Of a stretch of DNA of 47,466 bases, positions 32,499-41,704 are shown in pieces. Below the pieces are notes generated by a model. That model did no database searches and was not told the DNA's origin. It was given only the letters and a program-made list of their open reading frames with translations. Source of the DNA: Trichosphaerium sp. ATCC 40318. Lineage: Eukaryota; Protista; Tubulinea. The translations under genes and the position numbers were made by a program. The DNA lies in contig JALMLS010000136.1 in the NCBI GenBank assembly GCA_038496445.1, forward strand, positions 1-47,466. Direction: 5' to 3'. Within the stretch, counting starts at the first letter, position 1. Every line of letters starts with the position of its first letter.

Positions 32499-35400
32499 AT
32501 GAGTCGGGAGGTAGTTAGATTAACGCCTTTTTAATTCTCTTTTTTAGCAAAGTGAGGAAAACAGAAAACCAAGAAGTATAGCATCCGTGGTTACATATTA
32601 TGTTACGCAAGGCCAAGAGAATATTAGAGACTTAAAAGGTATCGCTATTAATAATATTACCTAGCCAAACTGAAGAAACTTGGATCAATACTGCGCAATG
32701 TGGGATCAAATGTCAATGCTACAGATAAATATGGACAAACAGCTTTACACAAAGCAGGTATTATGTTTTAATATCTTGTATGTTTTAACACTTTACAGTG
32801 TTTAATGGACGCCTTGAGGCTGTTAAAGTATTGCTCAATGCAAATGCAAATATCAATGCTAAAGACAAAGATAGCGAAACAGCTTTACATGTAGCTGGTA
32901 CTATTGAAATACAATGACTTCTAACTCTTTCAGCATGGTGTGGACGCAACAATGTTGTAATGTTATTGATCGATGCAGATGCAAATGTTAGTGCTACAGA
33001 TAAATATGGACAAACAGCTTTACACAAAGCAGGTATCATGTTGTAAATACAGTTTATGTTCTAACACCTTCCAGCATCCTGTGGATATATTGATACTGTT
33101 AAATTATTGATCGATGCAGATGCAAATGTTAGTGCTACAGATAAATATGGACAAACAGCTTTACACAAAGCAGGTATTGTTTTGTTAAATATACAATGTA
33201 TGTTCTCACACTTCTCAGCTTTTCATGGACACTATGACACTGTTAAATTATTGCTCATGGCAAATGCACATATTGATGCTGTAGATGAAAATAGAGAGAC
33301 AGCTTTACACAAAGCAGGTATTGTTTTGTTAAATATACAATGTATGTTCACATGTTCCAGCGTTTTGTGGACACAACATTACTGTTATAATATTGATCAA
33401 TGCAGATGCGAATATCAATGCTCAGGATAAATATGGACAAACAGCTTTATGCAAAGCAGGTATTGTAGAAAATATACAATGTATGTTCTAATACTTTACA
33501 GCATTCCGTGGACACAATGACATTGTTAAATTATTACTCAATGCTACAGATGAAAACAGAGAGACAGCTTTACACAAAGCAGGTATTGTAGAAAATATAC
33601 AATGTATGTCCTAATACTTTACAGCATTATGCGGATGCAACGATATTGTTAAATTATTGATAGATGCAGACGCAAATGTCAATGCTAAAGATATAGATAG
33701 CCAAACAGCTTTACACAAAGCAGGTGTTGTTATAAAATATGCAATGTATGTTCTCACACGTTACAGCTTTTCATGGACACTATGACACTGTTAAATTATT
33801 GCTCATGGCAGATGCATATATTGATGCTGTAGATGTAAATAGAGAAACAGCTTTACACAAAGCAGGTACTGTAGAATATACAATGTATGTTCTCATGCGT
33901 TCCAGTATGCTGTGGAAACAATGATACTGTTAAATTATTGATCAAAGCAGATGCAAATATCAATGTTAAAGATAAAGATGGGCTTACAGCGTTACACAAA
34001 GCTGGTCATAATGATCAATTGAAATTACTAATTATCTTACACCTGCTAGGAAAATGTGGAGTGAGCTCTATAGCTAGACAATTAATATTATCAGGCGCAA
34101 ATGTTGAAGCAATAGACAATAAAGGATGGACACCTTTATTTTATGCAGGTTTACTACATCATCAAACCAAACATTTTAACTAGTAATAGCACACTATAAA
34201 AATTCTGAAGTGTTTCTCATCTTGTCTAACGCAAGTGATGTTTTTTCACAGACTATGAAAGGAGAGAAGTTTGGATTTAAATCTATATTGAAAAAGGTAG
34301 TTGATAATGATCCTGCATACACCAAACTATTTGAAACTATCTTGGCACACTTTCCAACAAATCAACAACAGCTGTGGCTATCGTGGGCAAATATAAAAAG
34401 GCGTGGATGGAGATACAAGCTTGCGAAATGGTTGCAGTACTTGGTACAGATTCATGTTTGAAATGTTGCACTTACAAATAATACACCAAGCAACTTAGCA
34501 TTTACTAATCATACACGTAGCCAACACGTCCTTATTTTAATCTTGCAATACAAAAGGGGGTTTGTATTTTAGTCTGTACTTACAACCGCATATTTGTACA
34601 ATCCCCGGTATCAACATTTTTAAGTTTAGTTTGCTTATTCATCGATTAGAGCTTTTGGGTTGAGCAAGGAGGACTAATGGAAGGCATATTGTTTGATTTA
34701 CCAGATGGTATGTGGAGTAAAAAAACATACCACACTGGTAGTATTGCTGAAATGTGTGCAAAAGAAGGCTGGTGTATAAACTCTATTCGGCCAGATAAAC
34801 TAGAGTGTAAGTGTTAATAGTCAATATTGTTGTTTAGTGTTGTGTAGGGTTTTCACAGCATTATACATGCAGCTATTGTGCTGAGGACAGAAAACATACT
34901 GCATGTCAAAATGTATAATCTTTTTTAACTAGTGGGTAGCAACTCATCAATGATGTACACCTCAAATGTAAGCATGGTACATATGCTATTCATCCTATCA
35001 TACCAAATACACTATTAACTGACACTACTGTTGGTACAATCGATACCATTTTTACCAACTGTTGATTTTTAAACAAGGATTAACAAGTGAGACATCATGG
35101 AAATTAAACCCTCGATTGGAGTATGCACATGGATGGGATAGATCTAAAAACAAGTTGAGGTTTAATGTATTTAATTTTGTTAAACAGTTCTAGGGGGTTA
35201 ATTAAAAAAGCAACGCATCACAGAACATTGGACCTTTTTGATGAGAATGACACTGTAGCCAAACGAGAACTAAAGTTTCTTCATGAACAAATGTCTAAAA
35301 TGCACGGATATGAGCAAGTCACTGTTAAATCAGCTCATCTTGTTTGCAATGATGTCTTGCTTCAAAACTTTGGGATGTACAACACAATACTTAAACATAG

Positions 35401-36700
35401 GCATCAGTATGTAGAGTACGTGTTTAAAGATTATTGATTGTTACCTAGAGAACTACCAAAGTTATTTTGTAAGAATGATTGGAAGTGTGATGCCAATCAA
35501 CGGACAAGTGTTTGTGATAAGTTTTTATCTTTGATACCCAGATCAACCAACAGCACAGAGGTACACTGTAGTAACAATAATAACTTGTGACTAATTTTTC
35601 AGTTACCTGTTGTGTTAATGGCACATGGAACACGTGCTGAAGCAGCGCATAGCATTGTAAAAGCAGGATTTGGAACTGTAAGTGCATTGGATGCTGGATA
35701 TTATGGACAAGGAATCTATTTTACAGTACTATTTAATCATCACTTTGCATTTGTTCTAATATGTTATTGTAGAGTAGTCTTGAATATGCTTGCTTTTATG
35801 ATAGCACTCGTGGTGAAAAAACATTGATTTTGAGTTTAGTTACACCTGGCAATGTGTATCCTGTACGCACACATGGGTTGTATTTTTATTTACAATATTG
35901 GTAGGTAATTGAAAAACCTAGTGATGATTTTAACTTTCAGGGTAAGCCTATTAAACCTGGGTACCAAAGTCATTATGCAGTGGTAAACAAAAAGGGAGAA
36001 GCTGTAAGCGACAATATTGATAAATGCAAATGGGACGAGTTGGTTGTGGCCCAAGGTAAATAGTCTCATGTGATGACAGGTAAGTGTATTGTTTTTACTG
36101 TTAATTTAGATGTACAAGCTGTGGCACGATATGTCATTACTGTTGTAAAGAAGCCAAGAAAACGGGTGACTCAAAAAAAAAGTAAGGCTACAAAGAAGAA
36201 ATCAAACAAACCAAAGAAGACCGAGAGCATCAAACCAGTTGGAAGTGATAGCATAGAAAACAAAGAGATTTTGAAATCAGAAGATGATAGTGAGTCAGAT
36301 GAGTTGTCTGATGAAGATTCATTTATCGCTAAACGGTAAGGCAATAACAATAAAATATTTTACTTATTTACTACTAAGAAAATTATGGGCAGCTGCAAAG
36401 CTGGATCAGCCTGATGAACTATGTGTACAAGATCAGCGTGTAATATCACTAAAACAAGAAGTCACAAAGCTCAAACAAGAAAACAAAACCATCATTGAGG
36501 AATCAAATACCAAAACACAAGAGCATCTTACCAGAATAACTAAACTGGAGGAATGCAATGTCAAACTGGAGGGCGACAATGCCAAACTAAAAGAAGACAA
36601 GGCCAAACTAGAAGAAAACAATGCCAAACTGGAAGAAGAAAATACCAACCAATGCTCTCAAATTGCCAAACTACTTGCCCAAATTGCAAGTCTTGAGTAA
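32499..36700 (+). CDS. Ankyrin-repeat / PARP-like (H-Y-E) ADP-ribosyltransferase / coiled-coil protein, copy 2 (apparently intact)
   Basis: MSRE|QSEENRK..RDLK|AKLKKLGSILRNVGSNVNATDKYGQTALHKA| then 10 ankyrin exons, a Cys/Trp-rich linker, and the PARP domain VKSAHLVCNDVLLQNF..LMAHGT..GFG..GYYGQGIYFT|SSLEYA..LSLVTPG..DELVV. This is followed by a Lys-rich/acidic stretch and a KLEExNA heptad coiled coil. Confidence 0.88.
32799..34148 (+). repeat. Tandem exon+intron ankyrin units (10 units)
   Basis: Exons 32799-32897, 32934-33032, 33075-33173, 33219-33317, 33361-33459, 33502-33582 (81 nt, in frame), 33625-33723, 33767-33865, 33906-34004 and 34050-34148; introns 36-45 nt. Confidence 0.92.
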
Positions 36701-37089
36701 TGTGCGCTCATAAACACTAAGATAGTTTTGTTTGTATCAATAGTCAATGTGGAAGTATTCCTTCAACAGCAACTAGATTGTAAAATCATCTTTACCATTT
36801 TCACCCTTTGAATTTTGGTACTACTTATTAAGATGCAATGAAACTTGTTTATCATATTTGGTCTAAATGGCTACAAAGGCAGCCACTGCCAACTTCAGTC
36901 CTACATTCCACCAAAATGGGTATTTGATCAGCTGAATTATCTTGTAGCGATTCAAAATTCACTTTAGACATGAAAAGAGATTTGCAATATGCGTTTAGAA
37001 TAACATAACACTAAAATCACCTATTCTTGTTTCACTCATTTTAGTTGGAGTTACCTTACTCTTCTGTTGTGTTCAGACAGGACAATTTT

Positions 37090-37800
37090 TTAAGCAGCTC
37101 ACACTTTCAAAAAAAGTCTTCAGAGCACATATGTGTCTACAATTATTAATTAATTTGAACTAGACTTGGCGTACTTCAATTAACTATTTCATTGAGTCTA
37201 AAACTGAGTTTTCTGCCTGGGATCATATTCTTCTTCTCCATGTTTTGCAGTTAATTCTTTTAACATAGTAATTAAAGATTACATTCTGTCATTTCTGGCA
37301 TTTTTTATAACTTTCAGTTTTCCACATAAACGTCTCTAGGTAGGTTTTTTCTGTCTTTTCTTTCTTTCATTTCTTCCTAGGGAATTTTGTAAGCAGTTCA
37401 CACTTTCAAAAAAAGTTTAGCACACCTCAAAAATGTTATTTATGTCCAATTTTTTGCTATGCTTCAGAACACATATGTGTCTATAATTTATATTAACCAG
37501 AACTTGCTGGTAATTAATAGTGTGCTTCAATCAACTATTTCATTGAAGCTAAAACTGAGTTTTTTTCTGCTTGGGGTCATATTCTTCTCCTCTATCACCA
37601 CCATGTTTCACAGGTAATTCTTTTACAGCATAGTGAGTAAGGAATACATTCTTTCGTTTAAGACATTTTTTATCACTTTCAGTGTACCACATAAAGCTAT
37701 CGTCACCTGTTTCTATACCTGATTGATGTAAATTGGTCATTCTTTTGAACTATCATTCTAACCCACAGATACCTTTTTCAAATCTTTCCTTTTGCTGGCA
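37090..37800 (-). pseudogene. Two tandem, degenerate copies of a gene 3' end plus 3' UTR
   Basis: KELTAKHGEEEYDPRQKTQF* (~37198-37260) vs KELPVKHGGDRGEEYDPKQKKTQF* (37549-37625); the downstream sequence aagcag.tcacactttcaaaaaaagt is also duplicated. Confidence 0.5.
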
Positions 37801-38975
37801 GTTGCTCAATAAATCATTGTGTACATATGTGCAGTTATAGCGTATTTGATAATTTAGGTATCAAAACACATGTTTCTTTTTCAAAGAAGTTGATGAACAT
37901 AATATTTAAATGAAAATGTTAAAAAACTCACTCTTGCTCGGGTACGTTATTGCATCAGATAGCCATAAAGCTTGCTGTATATGTATTTTACCACTATAGG
38001 ATTTTTAGACACAGATCTTAGTTTTTACATGGAGATACTGCAAGATTTTCCAAAACCAGGTTCAAAGAAACTGTGTCACTACACTCCATCAACTATTGCT
38101 ATAAATTACACTGTGCAATACCACATATGTTGACTATCACTATGAAAAGTGTGGGATGGTCAATTAGCTCTTGAGGTATTTAAATCCAAAAATCGCTAAT
38201 GGTCCACTAGTACAGAATATTGGAATTTATCAATTACACAAGGCTCGACAAGCTTAAAACTAATGTAAATACATTAAAAATAGTGTTAGACAACACTTCA
38301 GTAATTTAAACGCTTGTCAAAGCTTGTGTAATTGCTAATTTTGGGAACTCGCTTTTTCTTTATTCTTTACACCACAAACTAACGTTTTCAGCGTTTCTAG
38401 CGCAATAAACGTCGTTTAAAGGTACTTTGTATACACTTGTTCATATTTTGGTACCATAATCCTTGTTTTAGACTATAACGCTCTATTGCTGTTCAAGCAC
38501 CGTTTATAACTGATACTGGCTTGATTAATGTGTTTGTGAGCAGTGAAGCTCAGTTGACGCTTTTTTAGTTAAGTCTTAAAAAAAAACGCCAAAAAACAAG
38601 TAAAAAAGTAAATAATTTATTCCACATTTAGAACGTAACAATAGAGCCATTCATTCCAAAGGTACATTCACACAGGATAAAGCATTGATATGAGAGGTGT
38701 GAACCGCTTACAAAAATCGTCCCTATAACACCAATTCCGTATTTGCTCCAAAACACTCGTCCTAATTTGGACAAACAAAAAACCTTAAAATCTTACCTTC
38801 AAACGCGAGTCACAACTCCTCTCTTTTGATACTTTTAATAAGGTACAAACACTTTTACATTGCACTTAGTTCCTGTGCGCTAAGGCAATTAGTAAACCCA
38901 TTTTTTATCCTTGACTTCTTTTTTAGGCTTAACTGGTACACTCAAGTCGTTTTTAACTTTTTCCTCACATCAAAC

Positions 38976-40387
38976 ATGCAATACTCTGGCGCAGAGTATT
39001 ATTTATCGGGGCTCACTGCACTACCAATAGAAACAATAGTTCATATCTTGAAATGCGGGACCTTTACTTTACGTTCAGCACAAACATGCCATCTTATGCA
39101 TGATATCGTACATAACCACGTTGGATACAAAGAAATATGTGTCTCAAACGAAAATCAATTGCCGATACTTTCTGGGAGCCCGTTACTTCAGAACACACGC
39201 ATATCACTCGCTGGTATTTGTAGTACTGCCAACGATAGCCATTTGGACTTACTTGCAGGAGTACACACTATAGACTTGAGCGGCTGTTTAGGAGTAACGC
39301 ACAAAGGCATCAGTGCATTGATAGGTGTCCACGAGATTGATTTATCTCGAACAAATGTGAGAGACTCAAGTTTAAAGGCATTATCTGGCGTACATACTAT
39401 CAACTTGAGTCGTTGTAATCAAATAACGAGTGAAGGTATCAAATCATTGGCAGGTGTGCACACTCTTTACTTGACAAGTTGCGAATGCCCTTTAATAGAC
39501 GAAGGCATCAAAGCACTGTCAGGTGTACACACTATCGACTTGTGGTGTACTAAAATAACAGATGAAGGCTTAAAACCTTTGGCTGGTGTGCAAGCAATAT
39601 ACTTGTCCAGATGTTACTCGATTACAGATGAGGGTGTACAAGCATTGGCTGGCGTACAAGAAATTGATCTGTCACACACAAAAGTGACAGACGCAGGGCT
39701 AAAGGCGCTGGCAGGAGTTCAAAATGCTGGTTTGGTGGATTGCAAAAACATTTCTGATGAAGGTATCAAAGCCTTAGCTGGCGTACACCAAATCAACCTC
39801 AGCGGATGTGTAAACGTACATGACGAAGGTATCAAAGCTTTATCTGGTGTACACACAATCAGTTTGGAGCATTGTAGACAAATAACAGACGAGGGTATCA
39901 TGGCGTTAGCCGGTGTACATGAAATTAATTTATCTTACACCAACATACGCAATGAAGGCCTCAAAGCATTGTCAGGTGTACACACAATCTACTTGAGCAA
40001 GTGTGGAGACATATCAGACCTCGGTATAATGGCATTGGGTGGTGTACATACGATCAATTTATCGTTCACATCTGTGAGCGATTATGGCATTAAAGCGTTG
40101 TCTGGTGTACACAATATCACCTTGACATGTTGCAGTAGAATAACAGATGAAGGCATCAAGGCGTTGGCTGGCGTACATGACATCAGAGTCGCGTTCACAA
40201 AGGTGAGCGATTCAGGTATTAAAGCGTTGTCAAGTGTACACACGATCGATGTACAAGGTTGTTCTGGAGTAACAGATGAAGGTATTAAAGCTTTGTGTGT
40301 TTACGTCATATTCATCACAATATGAATACTGGTCTCAGTGAAGAATACATAAAGATCCTACGCAAGCGCGGTGTACGTGTATCTTAA
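38976..40387 (+). CDS. F-box + 16 short LRRs, intronless; probable 1-nt frameshift near the C-terminus
   Basis: MQYSG..LTALPIETIVHIL..AQTCH F-box; GVHTIxLxxCxxITDEGIKAL repeats. The ORF stops at 40325, but a further LRR-like cap continues in another frame to 40387. Confidence 0.9.
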
Positions 40388-40604
40388 ATAAAAATCGAAT
40401 TATTTACAACATCAAATTACCTTTTTGTGGAGGAGTTTAAGCTCTTTTGTCTGTACACATGATATCCTAAAAAATTGTTGAGTTATTGAAACAGTACAGT
40501 AAGTCTAGAGAGAAGCCAAACTATGACTGAAAAACCTTGTTAAGTCTCCCTACAGGTATTAATAATAACTTGGCTTAAATGGTTTCAAATAATTGTTAAA
40601 TTCA

Positions 40605-41426
40605 ATGGAAGAAAACAACACTATGCTAAAGATTATAACACTAAATGTTCTCATCGACAATGCTGATTGGATGCCAGGTATTGGGCGCATAACGCAATCA
40701 CCTAAACGATTCAAGTATCAACTTGACCACGTAATATGCCCAAATGGCAATGCCTACGCTGATATAATCTGTTTAAATGAAGTAACTCAAAAATACTACA
40801 ATACAATCATCTCAGACGCAAATCTTCTTTCAAACTACAACGTACACTCTGTTAAACTCAAACCTTTCGGTAATGTGATACTAACAAAACGAAACCTGAA
40901 AGTAATAGACAAACATTCGTTCACTGTGGGTACACTATGGAGGACAGTTGTGTCTGTGACAGTACAGATTGACAATAATACAATGGTCAGCATTGTATGC
41001 GCTCACTTGTCTTCAAAAGCGAAGGGATGTGTTAAAAGAAAAGTAGAGATTGAAGAGATCTATAAAGAGTGCCTAAATCGTTATCAGGACCAAGGAACAT
41101 CTCATGAAATACTCCTACTTGGTGACTTGAATTTTCAAAAGGAATTTGAAGAGATGTACTTCAAAGACATGTTCCATGATATGTGGAAAGTATTGAGACC
41201 TAATGATATTGGATACACTTATAATCCGACTTCAAACAACTTTATAACGACTCTAAGGCCTTGGGAGCTTAGGCACTTTAGATTGGATAGAGTTCTTCTT
41301 ATGGAAAGAAATATTGAGCATGTTCTTGCACCACGTGATATTAAGATAATTTGCAATCAACCTATTGCTCCTAAACTATTCCCATCAGATCATTTCGGCC
41401 TTTTTGTTGAGTTCCAGAGATTGTAG
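40605..41426 (+). CDS. Endonuclease/exonuclease/phosphatase (EEP) protein, TDP2-like, intronless
   Basis: IITLNV, DIICLNEVT, AHLSS, LLGDLNF, DMW..GYTY...N, RLDRVL, FPSDHFGL. Confidence 0.88.
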   Translation: MEENNTMLKIITLNVLIDNADWMPGIGRITQSPKRFKYQLDHVICPNGNAYADIICLNEVTQKYYNTIISDANLLSNYNVHSVKLKPFGNVILTKRNLKVIDKHSFTVGTLWRTVVSVTVQIDNNTMVSIVCAHLSSKAKGCVKRKVEIEEIYKECLNRYQDQGTSHEILLLGDLNFQKEFEEMYFKDMFHDMWKVLRPNDIGYTYNPTSNNFITTLRPWELRHFRLDRVLLMERNIEHVLAPRDIKIICNQPIAPKLFPSDHFGLFVEFQRL

Positions 41427-41704
41427 AGCATCTGGGAAGCTCCGTGCTTATGTAAAATAAATTCTATGAATGCACTTCAAAAATACCAAATAAAGATGCT
41501 CCAGGTGGTGTTATTTTGCACTTGCTTGTGTTTACAAGATATCTTTATGACTTGTTCTTTCTTCTTACGTTACTTTCCCTTCATCGATTTTGGTAGGTCC
41601 AGAGAGGTTGAAATGAAGCAGCAAAGACAATGACACAAATAGGACCTGTACATGAACTTTCGTTTTCTCAAATATTTCTGGTTTTATTTTTTTTTATTTT
41701 ACTT

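Larger units (their letters stand above)
30087..36785 (+). repeat. Segmental duplication copy 2
   Basis: Collinear similarity to 17040-27870. It lacks the LINE and carries a different ~1.4-kb block at ~30350-31720. Confidence 0.9.

Noticed and set aside
13645-39901. Antisense ORFs over the LRR, ankyrin and PARP genes (13645, 14230, 16153, 23959, 32785, 36433, 39188, 39719)
   Set aside because: These are reverse-frame shadows of repetitive coding sequence.
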